Shown in pieces: positions 12,161 to 25,298 of a stretch of DNA of 64,000 nt. The position numbers and the translations under genes were made by a program. The stretch is taken from the NCBI RefSeq assembly GCF_016433145.1, contig NC_058133.1:250568020-250632019 (forward strand), given 5' to 3'. The notes beneath the pieces were generated by a model. That model saw only the letters and a program-made list of their open reading frames with translations, was not told the origin of the DNA and did no database searches. This stretch comes from Gracilinanus agilis (lineage: Eukaryota). Positions within the stretch are counted from its first letter, which is position 1. Each line of letters begins with the position of its first letter.

Positions 12161-15100
12161 GCAAAGTGAGCACAGGTGCTCTGGGGAAGACCGCATTGCA
12201 TTTGGCTCCCAATCCTATGTCAGAGGCTGAGGGATAATTCCAATGGAGATGGTTCTCTTTCCAGCGGGGCAGACAGAATGAGGGGTGCGGGAGTCCGGAA
12301 GAGGAGGTGAAGTGTAAACCAAGACCAGAGTTACCCACTCTAGAGGGCCTTTAGTCCCCATAGGCCAACGTGGCCCCTAGAGTAATAGATAGGGACTCCA
12401 ATAGTGGATACACACACTTAGATCCAGACAGTTGCCCCTGAATCTACCCCTGCCCAAATCCAGACCTGGCACTTTGTGCCCTGCTAAATCAAGTTCTCCT
12501 AGTGTTTCCCCACACCTCAAGACCCAGAGCAAGAGCAGGGCTATGGAGACCAGCTGAAGGGTAATCATGTCATTCTAGCAATGGGAAATATCTCTAGCCT
12601 ACCACTTCATGGCAGGGCATCTCCTACCCAACTCCTCAACACAGATTATGTCCCTCTTGCACACTCTCCTCATTTCTTAAAGTAACCCTTGTTGCTAAAA
12701 TGGGGCAGGCCCTTTTGGAATGGGGTTCTAGTAAGAGAAGTTAAAGGCTGTTCATTTCCATGGGCCTCAGCCCTCTACTGTTCCCTTGGGTGTGTGAGAA
12801 GGGAAGGGGATGATGTAGTGTTCTGGGGTTATTGGGGGAGGGTCAACCTCCCCCTCATCCTAAAGCCTTTCTAGGGCATCTCCCTAGTCATCATAACAAC
12901 ACCCCCAGTCTATTTCACTGAGGGACTGTTAGGGAGAGCCTATGAATGAACTAACGAAATCCCTGAGTGCCCAGACTTCATAGAGAATCTATATTCTCTC
13001 TATTTCCTATGGGATAATGTGTGTCAATAAACTTACATATATTAAATGCTATAATTATTCTTCATCCTCTACCCCCAGGGAATTGGCTAGAGCCTAGGAA
13101 CTTTAATTCTCCACTCCACTTTAAGGATCTCTGAGATATGGCACCTCACAAATAGGAGGGGCCAATTCAACCTCAGGAGATTTCTTCCTCACCTTCATTC
13201 ACTCTAGGAAGCTATATAAGCTAACAACCAGGATGGAGGTCACTGTTATCTACTTCCAGGACATCTGGCAGAAGAGCCCAGGGGCTTCCTCAAGTCCTGA
13301 ATGCCCTTACCTATTCCAGGAACCTTACTACAGTTGTATGACCCTCCAGCATGCTCTTCTCTCACCTGCAGGAACCCCATTCTTCCCAGTGCCTTGGTAC
13401 TCCAAAAACAGATCTACAACATCCTAAACTTCTATGCTTCACAAGTCTCAGACATACTTGCTATCCCAAATTTTTATCTGCCTCCTTTCTTAGGTCCCCT
13501 TGTTAAAACTTCCTCCAACTCCTCACAATTTCCTGTTCATCTATTATGGAAATGCTTTTGACCCTGTTTTTGAAAGAGACTGAATTCACTCAGAGTATTT
13601 CCCATTGTTTAGTCCTCCCTTTGTCTTTTCTCCCAACTTTTCATCATAAGTCAGAGGAACATAGAATGTCAGAGCTGAAAGGGATGTTAAAGACATTCTC
13701 TAGTTGAAACTCTTCTTTCAACAGGAGAGGAAGAAGAGGCCCAGAGGCGGACTTGGTGGTGAGCCTAGGACTTCTGATTTACATGTCAATAAAAGCCTCC
13801 TGCTCTTTCACTTGCTATGATCTCCAATGCCTCTCTCATAACAATCCAACATATCCAGCCAAGGCCATAGACCCTTCCATCTATCCAAATTCCAGAGTCA
13901 TAGGACAGTTTCCCTCAATCAGTTGCCTTCTCTTGAAAGCTACAGCTGTACCCTGTGTTCCTAGTGCTGATCCCCTCTCCCCAACATGCCCTCCCCAGCC
14001 CAGCACCACCACTCTCCCAGTGAGGGGGGAAAGGGGAGGCAGAGGGGTGCAAGGCAGGGCAGGGAAGGGTAGGGGCAAGGGGCAACAAGAATTCAAAAAC
14101 AATGATGACAACAAAAAAAGAGATCAAGAAAGAAGAAAGAAAGAAAAAACCCCAAAAGCAAGAAAATCATGGGCCAGATTCAACAAGAAAAGAAAAAAAC
14201 AAAAACTTTTTTTCGGGGGGGGGGGAGAAAAAGAAAAAAATTATTTTCATTTTCAAAATTTTATAGCAAAATTTGGGTCCCGTTTTTTAAAAAGTTTCCA
14301 CTTTTTAATGATTGGTTTCAAATGTCACTGTTATCTGAACTTTATTTGTTTCCCAATGCTTCAAATTACATCAGTTTCTAATTTAAAAAAAATTTTTTCC
14401 ATTTCCCCCAACTCTCCCTAATTTCCAAATTTCTCCAGATATCCCATTTGACTCCCAATTAAATCCCTCCAAGATTTAACATTTCCCAAAGATGTTTAGA
14501 GTACCAAAGTATTGCCAGTTTCTTCTAAGCTCTAAAAATATTCCAATTTTCTTTATTCTTTTCATGATTCTAATTTCTTTTGATGCCTTTCCATTGAAAA
14601 TTCTTTAAGAAAATATTGTTTTCATCCACATTTTCAATTGGGTACAAAAAGTTTATACAATTCTTTTTTCCATAAATTAGGAAAAACCTTCCTTATAATC
14701 CAGTCCTTTCCTTTCCNNNNNNNNNNNNNNNNNNNNNNNNNNNNNNNNNNNNNNNNNNNNNNNNNNNNNNNNNNNNNNNNNNNNNNNNNNNNNNNNNNNN
14801 NNNNNNNNNNNNNNNNNNNNNNNNNNNNNNNNNNNNNNNNNNNNNNNNNNNNNNNNNNNNNNNNNNNNNNNNNNNNNNNNNNNNNNNNNNNNNNNNNNNN
14901 NNNNNNNNNNNNNNNNNNNNNNNNNNNNNNNNNNNNNNNNNNNNNNNNNNNNNNNNNNNNNNNNNNNNNNNNNNNNNNNNNNNNNNNNNNNNNNNNNNAT
15001 GCATGTGTATGTCTAGTGTAAAGAATGATTGTAAAGGGCCCTTAGGGATATGGGATTTTAGTCTGTGTTGTTTGGGTACGGTGGGCCAGGGATCCTGTGT

Positions 15101-18100
15101 GTCATTATCGGCAACCACATGCAGCAGCGGCATTTTAAAAAATCTACCTGTGTCTGGCGGGGGCGGATTGAGCGTCGACTCGTCACGTTTTTTTGTGATC
15201 GGACCTAAGACCGGGAACACAAAACAGAGAAAAAAGGACAATTTTGTGGGGAAAGATGGGGGGTCGGGGAGGTAGTGGATGGGGGAGGGAAGGAGAGAAA
15301 GCAGAAAAGGGAGTGGGGCGGGAAAGCAGGGGAAAAAAACGAGCCAAAAAAGCAAAATGTGTTTGCAAGAAAAAGAAACCAAGAAAAGAGAAAAATGCTT
15401 CTACATCCCAATTTTGCTCCCCCCACCTTGGGAAAAAAACACACCCAAAAAAGGCTGTTTATTCTTTTTTGTGGGGGTGGGGTTGGAGGGGGCAGGTGTG
15501 GCTAGGCCTGGGGTGGGAGGTAAGTGGGTAGGCTTAGACCTGTCATAAGAGATATGTTGAACTTGATTGGAAAGGACTTGTTTCATTTATTCTGTTGGCT
15601 CACAGCTAGAAAATTAAATGATGTTAGAAGGAGGTGGGGCTACAGGGAGGAAGGGGGAGCCCTGCCTAGGAGACCCTAACTCCTGCCCCCCCCCCCACTG
15701 CTAATGTCACCTTTTCCTCTCCTTTCCCAGGTTGGACTGGATGGGCATGGAGGAGGGTGAACTAAAAGGAGATCCAAGCATTTCTATTCAGAAGGTGGAA
15801 GGCAAGAAACATGACCCTATGTCCTCTGACCACTTGCCCAAAGTTGGTTAGGGTTCAGGTCAGCAGTAGTTTTGCCTCTAGCATTTCCCTTCCTTCCTGA
15901 CTCACAGGTCTGGTTTCTCCAACTTCTTATCCCCAGTTTAAGTGTCCCTTTCTTCAAGAGCCACCTCCTCAAACTCAAGGTGGGATAAAAGGAAGAAATG
16001 GATGATCTAAGTTTTGTCCTTCTTCCTATAGCATTCCTCTGCTCCCTCTCAGGGATCTAAGCCATTCCCTGGGGAACCAGCTTATCCTGTTCCAAGATAC
16101 TGCTCTCTTCAAGGAGAAAATGGAAATTGCTTACTGGAGAAGTCCATAACCTTAAACTTCATACCCTGCTTTCCATCCCAACCCAACTGTGTCATTCCCA
16201 AACCCCACACTCTCAGAGCCCCAGACCCTGGAAGATGAAGGGGCCTATTTGTCGTGGGAGAGGGAGTGCATGGAGTAAAAGAGATACTTAGAGAACAAGA
16301 AAGTAGGGCAAGCTCCAGAGAAGAAAGGGATGGGAGTAAAGACCAGATAGGTACAGAAACCAGGGTTCCACCTCGCTGGGAAAATCAGTCATCTAGCACC
16401 ATGATTCATGGGCTGGGGCAGGGGCCAGAAGAGATCATAATTCTAAGTGAATTTCTCCAACCTAAGAACAAAGTACTTTGGTGATATGGTGGTGGTGGTG
16501 GTGGTGTGTGTGTGTGGGGGGGCGGGTTGGACCACTTCCTTCTGTAGGACAAATAGATTTCCTTGATGTAGGAGTATGTCTGGAATAACTTTTAGATAGA
16601 GTGAGATTTCTGGATCTGAGTGATATTGTAGAAGAACAGAGAAATGTTAGGTGGTAAACTGTGAGGCATTTGTAGAATAGATTGTATATGGGAAGAAGTA
16701 AAAATATTTTTAAGAAAGTTTTGTGGTAGATTGTACACATGAGTTTGGGGTAGGTTGTATGTATCTAAGTAGTAGATTGTCTGGAACAGTAAATTATGAG
16801 GATATTGGAAATATTCTTGTGAACTGGGAAGATGAGAATAAATTATTATTTATATATGTGTGTGTTCCGGGCATTTGTATGTAAGAGGATGGATGGGCAT
16901 TGTGAGGAAATTATATGTATCTATGCTGTTAATGGTGGATTGTATATATGTATGCAGGACACTAGGGATTCTTTATGTGAGTATTAGAGGTAAATTATGT
17001 GTGTGACTAAATGGATATTGGGGTAGACAGCATGTGTAGGGGAATGTGAGAGAATTGCTTACGTGTGGAAAAATAAATTATTTGCATGTGTGGGAAGTGT
17101 TGAAATAGATTAGGACTTGCTGGATAGGGGATTATGATGCATGTTTGAGGAGATATGGAGAAAGGCTGAGTATGGGTGAATGCAGAGGATAAACTGGACC
17201 TCACATGCAATATTAGGGGGAGTGTCAATTAATCATGATCGTGTGAATGCATGGGTAATTTTGCAAATAGACTGAATCTGTCTGAAGGGATTGTCAGAGA
17301 TAATTTGTGTTGTGTACATGTGTCAAGGATGTTGGGGATAGATGATATATAGGAGCTGGGATGGTTCGTGTTAGAAAGTCAAAAGGCATTTATTTAGGGC
17401 TTACTCTGGGTATTTGGGAGGTGGGTTGTCTACATTTGGCCCTGTGACATTGGGTATTTGGAGAATATTTTCTGCTTCTTTGATGAAGAGGGTATGGAGG
17501 ATTGATTTTTGAGCCCAGGGCTGGTATTTTCTCTTAAAGGTAATTATCACTGGTAAGTGTCAGTCTAGGGGATTTTTTTTATTTTAGAGTGGATAAGTAG
17601 TTTAGAAAATGTCTATATCCTTCAGGAATATTTAGCTAGGGAGGCAGAACAGTTGGAAGCAGGTAGAGGGGGAAGGAAAGGGTAAAGGAGGTGGGGAGAA
17701 GTAGGAGGGCTTCCTTGAGTAGAAAAATCATCTTTATCAAATGCTGTGGTTTTCTCTTTAGGATAGTAGAGGGCCCAAGTGATATATTTATTTATGAAGT
17801 AAGTATATGTGGGAGTGTGGGGACATATGTGTATAATATGCTCCAGAGTGTGAAGCCATATATGTATATAATATAGTCTGGGACTTAGTGTGTGTTTATA
17901 TGGGAAATGTGTATATTTTCTGGGATAGGATGTAGTGTGACATGTGTGGGGGCACATAAGTGTAAGAGAGAAGGAGAAAGGGGGGAGGGAAAGAGGAGGG
18001 GGAGGAAGAGAGAAAGAGAGGGAGAAAGGAAGGGAGAGAGGAAGGGAGGAGGGAGAATTATCATTTGCCTTGATGAAAAGGTGCTTGTGGGTGGAGTATG

Positions 18101-18620
18101 GAATCTGTGTATGAAAGGGCATGTGTGTATCAGACCTAGGGAAGGGGGCAGACTTGTACCACTAGTCTCTGCCCTTACCATCCTCAGTGGGCACGTAGAG
18201 GTTGAGGTACAGACAGTCCTCACTCTGGTTCTGCACGTAGCCAGCGGCAGCCTCCAGGTTGTCCGTGAACCAGACCGGGAGCATGATGGCTGGGAGGGCG
18301 CCGTGGAGGTTCTGGGGGCAGGCAGGCGGGAGGGCGGTAGCGTTCCTCACCCCAGGCCACGAGGCTGGTGCCTCAGGGGGCTGGAAGCGTCGGGCCCCCA
18401 GAGGGGGTGTGGCGTAGGGGACCCCCAGGAACTGCATCACCGGGCCCAGGATCTCGTTATTGAGTTCTCTTCGAACTCCCCGCACGCGCCCATACGCGGT
18501 GCCAACCACAGGGAATCGCTCCTCCCCAGCCCCAGGACCCCCTGGGACCCCTCCTATTGGACCCCCTCCTCCCCTCTGAGCCCCCACCAGCCCCACCAGA
18601 CACAGCACCAAGAGCCACAT
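7828..18620 (-). CDS. NLGN2: Neuroligin-2, join(18179-18620, 15148-15204, 11734-11883, 11312-11497, 10780-10972, 9587-10183, 7828-8701), 832 aa
   Basis: Signal peptide [15 protein letters not shown], cholinesterase-like domain ([19 protein letters not shown]), [36 protein letters not shown], proline-rich tail and PDZ motif STTRV. All junctions GT-AG and phase-consistent; total 2499 nt. Confidence 0.97.
9587..10183 (-). CDS. NLGN2: NLGN2 exon ([11 protein letters not shown]...NFAKTG)
   Basis: ttctag|C ... GG|gtgagg; 597 nt. Confidence 0.97.
10780..10972 (-). CDS. NLGN2: NLGN2 exon ([11 protein letters not shown]...QPAR)
   Basis: ctccag|GA ... CG|gtatgg; 193 nt. Confidence 0.96.
10998..11044. 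repeat. (CA)n microsatellite
   Basis: Directly visible. Confidence 0.95.
11312..11497 (-). CDS. NLGN2: NLGN2 exon ([12 protein letters not shown]...LSHHSE)
   Basis: ccccag|GG ... GAAG|gtactg; 186 nt; not shown in the ORF track because it has no start codon. Confidence 0.96.
11734..11883 (-). CDS. NLGN2: NLGN2 exon (DIRDSGKKP...RLGVL)
   Basis: ttaccag|AC ... CTCG|gtgaga; 150 nt. Confidence 0.96.
12111..12154. repeat. (GA)n microsatellite
   Basis: Directly visible. Confidence 0.9.
14717..14998. other. Assembly gap (282 N) in the NLGN2 intron downstream of the site-A exon
   Basis: N run. Confidence 1.
15148..15204 (-). CDS. NLGN2: NLGN2 splice site A cassette exon ([19 protein letters not shown])
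   Basis: Acceptor tcttag|GT, donor CAG|gtagat; 57 nt, frame-preserving; resembles the human A insert GPLTKKRDEATLNPPDT. Confidence 0.9.
18179..18620 (-). CDS. NLGN2: NLGN2 first coding exon
   Basis: ATG at 18620 to ...LYVPTEDG; donor G|gtaagg. Confidence 0.95.
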
Positions 18621-19343
18621 GCTGATTGGGGGGGACCCCCCCTCCCTCCCCGGGATCCCCCCCTCGAAGAGAGAGAGAGTGAGGGGGGGAGAGGGAGGGA
18701 GGTCCCCCCCTCTCCCCAGGGGGAAGGATAGGGTGGGGGAAAAGGGGAAAGGAAAGGGAGCAGGGAGGGAGGGGAAGTTAGATTGGGGAGAAGAGAGGTC
18801 TGTTGCGCTCCATGGAGAGAGCAAAGGGTGGGGAATGGAGGGGTAGATGGTAAGTGGGGGAAGACGGCAGGACCTAGAAAGAGATAAAAGAGCAGGCTTG
18901 GGGATGGAGAGACAGAGGGATACAGGAAAAAGAAAGACAGGATGAGGGAGGGAGATAGAAGCAGAGAGAGAGAGAGAGAGAGAGGAACAGGAAACAGAGG
19001 AAGAGAGGATTAAGACAAAAGCAAAACAGGAGGGGAGAAACAGAGAGAAGAGACAAGTGGTTAGTTAGAACTCAGGTTCTGCATTACTCCCATCCTTCCC
19101 ACCAACCCCACAACCCTACCACCCCCAGAACAGAAACAGGGCAAGGGATAAGAAGAGCCAGTATGGTCAGTAGTAATTAAGGTACTTGAGAAGGAGCTCA
19201 GGTCAGCATAGACCCAGGTTCCTGCATTCCCACAGCACAACTCTCTTTGGGGTTGGGGATTTAGGTTCCTACATCCTTCTTCCATACTTCCTAGCCCCAG
19301 CTCCTTTCTAGGGCCTGAGGAGTACAGGTTTACTTACACGAAT

Positions 19344-19345
<2 letters not shown>

Positions 19346-19389
<44 letters not shown>
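19346..19389. repeat. (CA)n microsatellite
   Basis: Directly visible. Confidence 0.95.
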
Positions 19390-19390
<1 letters not shown>

Positions 19391-21704
19391 AGGTGTTGGT
19401 CTGGGGGAGGAGAGAAATAGACTTGGAGGAGAAAATAAAAATACCAATTCATTAATTAGCTGGAAGTGGTGATTTGTTTATCTGTGTTAATTACTTTGGA
19501 GCTATAATTTAACCACCACAGCAAACTCCCCACTCCTACCCTTGCTCTGAGGTAGTGCCTGGGACCCAGGTTTCTAAGCCCCCAGGTTCCTTCTCCTCTT
19601 CTCCATCCCTCAGTACCCTCCAACTGTTACCCATCTTCTTTCACATAGCTCCTTTCTTTCTCTTTCTCCCAAAGTTCCAGGGTTTCCAGTGAGCTAGGGA
19701 CTGGACAACTGAAAGCCTGGATCTTCTGACTGGGGAGGAAGATTTACATGGGGGTAGGGGGCAATTTCTGGGGAAAGATATGTGATCCTGGTGCTGGTTG
19801 CCAGGACAACAAGATGCTGCCCCGCAATGTTACCGCGGCAACCAGCTGCAGCTTTAACCCTGGAAGGAGGCTAGGGGGTGGAAAAGGGGGGCACTAAGGG
19901 CTTTGGGACCAGAGATGCTGGGGTCTCTACTAGGAACTGGGATTGGAGGAGTAAGAGGGGGGAAAACCCCAAGGCCTGGGACACCAGACTCCTGGGTCCC
20001 TCCCACCTTTAGAGCTAAAATAAAAGAGCCTGTATGGGGTGGGGAGGAGTTGGGGGTGTCAGAGAGGCCTGAAAACCCCGCCTCTTGCCCCCCTTGTTAG
20101 CCAATCCTAGTATAGCATTAGTGACCCAGGCCTGCAGACTCTGGTGAATAGGTAGGGAGGGGGAACTACTGATGTTAGAGTGGTGGGGGGTGCTCAAGAT
20201 GAACACAGCAACTGCCCCTTGACAATATTAGTTTCTGTCTACCCTAATCTTCTAGGTCACTACCAAAAAAAAAAAAATCAGAGGTTCCTCACTGGTAATG
20301 GGTTTGCCACTTACATATCTCACCTGTCCCTCCACCTCAAGCCAGGACTCCCCCTAATGGTTCTGACCCCCAGATCCAGCCTTTTCTCCTTTATAAGGCT
20401 CAACCAGCCTATGTTTCCCTTTTCTCTCCTCTCCCAGTTTGCTAAGAAGAAACCAATAATCACATAATATTTGTTGGTAAAGCACCTAGATCCCCTGAAA
20501 AAAAAAGCAGGATATAGTGAAGGAAAGAAATCTAGGGTCTGGGAACTCAGATGCCTAGGTTATTCTTACATATTCTTTCCTTCCCTCCCCTTCCACTGCC
20601 AAAGCTGTTTGCTGACAAGGGGATTTCTTTGGGTCATTTTTGGAGCCAGGAATGTTTGCATGCCTGCCAGACCAGTTCTCTCTGCAGGTGTTGATTTATT
20701 CTGGAGATGAGGATACAGGAATCCTCAATAATGCTCCAGTCCTATTCCTTTCCCACCTACCCCCCTCCTCAATTGTCCCTTCTATTCTTTCAGAACCCTG
20801 CCCTCTCCAGTCATTTCATATCCCAACTCACTTGGGTCTTGTTTCACTGCTTCCCATCCCCACCATTCAGCTACTTCTTTACTTCCTATTCTCTCTTTAG
20901 TTCTCTCTGCTCTTCTACCTCTGCCTCCTTCCCATCCCATCTACCCATTTTTGTCTCTTTTTCTCTCTTACATCTCTCCCTCCCATTCCCTCCATCTTCT
21001 AACACTTCTGATCTCCATTGGTTTCATCCCTTTTCTACCTACATCCCTTTCTCCCTCTCCTTCGTCCTTCTTCCCCTTCTTTCTCCATCTCTTTTCTCTT
21101 TCCCTCCATATCTCAATGCATTTTCCCCTGCATTTCCTTTTGGCCCCCTAGTCTGTCCTCATCTCTCTCCCCTGCCCAATTTCTTTCTTCATCTCTTTCT
21201 CATCTCTTTCCCCTTCCTTTCCCCCAATCTCTCCCTCCCATCTCCCTCTCCTCTGTTTCTTACACTCATCTCTGCCCTATCTCTCTTCCCATCTTGTGTC
21301 TCCATTTCTCCTCGAATCTTTCTTCCCCATCCCCCCCCTTCTCTCTCCCAATCTCTCCCTCCCTTCCTCCCTCCATCACCTGCTCAGGCCTGAATCCCCA
21401 AACCCAAAGGGAGTTGGGGGGCAGGGGCTCAGGCCTCAGCCCCCTCCCCTGCAATGGAGAAATGGATTGGCCAGGAAGGGGGAGGAGGAGGGGGAGATGG
21501 GAACACACAGGGTCTGTGGGCCCATTGAAAGGATCATTCATGGACTGGAGAGAGAGAGAGACAAAGAGACAGAGACAAAGTGACCAAGACCAAGAAAGAG
21601 AGGGAGAAATGAAGATACAGATATATAGGGGCTGAAGATGGCTAGAGAGAGATGCAGAGACAGGCACACGGCAGACCCTCTGGGGCCCCTCCCCAGCCTC
21701 TTAC

Positions 21705-21736
21705 CTGCCTCAACCCCGGGGCCGTGGCTTCTCCAT
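21705..21736 (-). other. NLGN2: Candidate NLGN2 5'UTR microexon (32 nt) containing a uORF
   Basis: Pyrimidine tract + ccccag| acceptor and CAG|gtaaga donor; sequence ATGGAGAAGCCACGGCCCCGGGGTTGAGGCAG. Confidence 0.55.
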
Positions 21737-23762
21737 CTGGGGCTCGGTGTGGGGGAGGAGGGAGGCAGACAGGGTCCTTAGGGGTGCAGGGGCCTTAGAG
21801 CCTCCAAACCCGGCAGACCGGCCCCCCCCCTCTACAGCGCCTCACCCTACTGGGGAGGGGGATTACCCCAACCCCCGGGGGCGGGCCCGAATCCAGTCGC
21901 TTCCGTGGGAGAGGAGAGGTAGGGTACGAGGCCAGGGAAAGGAGAAGCAGATGCCCGCCTAGGAGGGGGCTGGGAACCAGGAATCCCGCAGCGGGGGTAG
22001 AGTACGAAGGATTGGAAATCGCTGGATCCCTGGAGATATTCGAAAGGGGGTGGGGGCGTCTCCCGATGGGACTTGGTTGAGGAAGAATTGAAAATGGGGA
22101 GAAGGTGGCGGATCTCACGGATCCTGAGGGATCGGGGATGGGGGGGGTAGTCTCCGGAGATCCTAAGGGATCTGAAGGCTGTCGGGAAGGCCCCACGATG
22201 AAGCCTCTGAGCAGGAGGGAATTAGGTCGGAATCCTTTGGGAGGAGGAGGGATCCACTCGATCTCGAGTAAGGGGGCAGAAAAATCCAGGGGAGATCAGA
22301 AAAGGTCGGGTTTTGGGTCCCTCGCCGACCTCCCCAACCCTGGGCTGGGGGTTTGGGAGCCGGGTTCCAGAGATCCTGGGATTGGGGAAGGCTGAGCGGG
22401 GACAGTGTCCCTCGGGGGATGATGGAGGTGGAGGAGAGGGATTGTGGGGGAAGCGCTTAGCTGCTGGGCGGCCCGAACTCCTGGTTCTTCGAGCCGGGGC
22501 CCGCCCGCCCCTCGTCCATCCCAGCCCGAGAGTGATGAGCCGCCGGCGGAGCAGCCGCAGCAGCCACGCGCGTCACAGCCCAGCTGCCTCCCCCTTCCCT
22601 CTCCCTCCCCCCCCAACCCCGCTCGAGCTCTCTACTTCCCTTCCTCCTTCCCTCCCTCCCTCCTCTTTCCCCGGCCTACAGAGCCTTGCATCCCCTCACT
22701 CTGAAGTCCTCTCTCCCTCCACCCATCCCCTCCCTTCTTCACTCCCGCCTCCCCGCTTCTCTCCCATCCCCCCTTTCCTCCTCCCTCTCTTCTTGCTTTC
22801 CCCCTCCCTCTCCTTCCCTACCCCAACTTTAGGTACCCCTCGCCTCTTCTTCCCACATTGGCCCCACCTCTCCCACTCCTCTTGCTCCTACAGAGACTGT
22901 GGAAAGGTAGTGGAAGTACGGGTAGGGGATGGAGGTGGAAGGAAGGAGTGAAAGAGGGAGGGGCAGTGGCAGATAGAAACCTAGAGGCATCGAAGAGATT
23001 GAATGAACCTAGTTGGACTAAGAACAGAGAAGGAGGTGAGGAGAGGAGGAGGCGCGAGACAGGTGGGGCCGAAGTGAGAAGATGCAAGGGGTACCTGGGG
23101 TTGGGGGTGGGGGGCGGCTCCCTCTTCTGGACATTTCTCTCCCTGCCCTAGGCGCTGATTTGGCCCTGAAGGTCTGGATGATGGGGAGGTCGGGACGGTG
23201 GAGAGGCCGGAACTAGGGGGCTGGGGTGTGGCTTCTGGTAAACTTGGGTGGGGGAAAATGCGAGTCGAGCTGCGGGGTTGGGGGAGGGGGTGGGGGAAGG
23301 TGAAGAGAGGCAGAAAAAAATGGACCTCCCGGCCTCCCGAAGCAGGAAGGAGGAGCCCCACAAGCAGTGGGTGGGGCCTAAAAGAAATGGGGACCAAAAT
23401 CGTCTTTCCCAAGGTAGGCAGGGTTTGCAGCACTCGAGGCGGGGCTAGTGGTAGTAGGTGGGGCTGGGAGGGAGTGATTTCGGACTTGAGTCCAGTTCTA
23501 GGTGGCTTCTCTTCGTTTCCCCCCGCCTCTTGCCCATTTCCTAATTGGTTTTCAGTTCTTCCGCCCGCAGGGCACCTCCGCCATTCACCAGCAGCTTCGC
23601 AAACAATCTTTTCAACTTGGTTGAGGGGTGCGGGTGGTAGAAGCTAAAATTAACTCAGCCAGGATTGGGCAGTGGGAAGCCTTATTTGCATAGACGATTG
23701 GGATTGGCCAGACTCTAGCGTCCATGGTCCGGAATTCCTAAATCCAGTGACCTTCTACAGCC

Positions 23763-25100
<1,338 letters not shown>

Positions 25101-25292
25101 GGTGCTTCTCCTGTATTGTCCCACCCTACCAGTTTTCAGACTAACTTCTTTAGTCATGAAGCAGCAAGCCTATTTTTGTTCCAGCACTCCGGTTGTACCT
25201 GGGAGAAACAACCAACATCCAGTGGGAGACTGGGGAATTTGATTTCTCAGTCTTTGCTGGCATTTTGTTTGGAGATTGGAAGTGAGAAGACA

Positions 25293-25298
25293 ATTAAA
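25293..25298 (+). terminator. Candidate TMEM256 poly(A) signal ATTAAA
   Basis: Variant hexamer ~190 nt after the stop. Confidence 0.45.

Noticed and set aside
13753-14421. 222-aa plus-strand ORF with Lys/Arg-rich middle
   Set aside because: Runs through homopolymer-rich, probably low-quality sequence beside a gap; no homology signal.
17892-18731. 279-aa plus-strand ORF
   Set aside because: Antisense shadow of the GC-rich NLGN2 first coding exon plus low-complexity intron; no recognisable motif.
20707-21635. 228-aa and 205-aa Leu/Ser/Pro/Phe ORFs
   Set aside because: Translation of a CT-rich low-complexity tract, which lacks stop codons by composition.
22296-23647. Multiple 100-212 aa ORFs in the CpG island
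   Set aside because: GC-rich promoter DNA; overlapping frames on both strands with no coherent protein.
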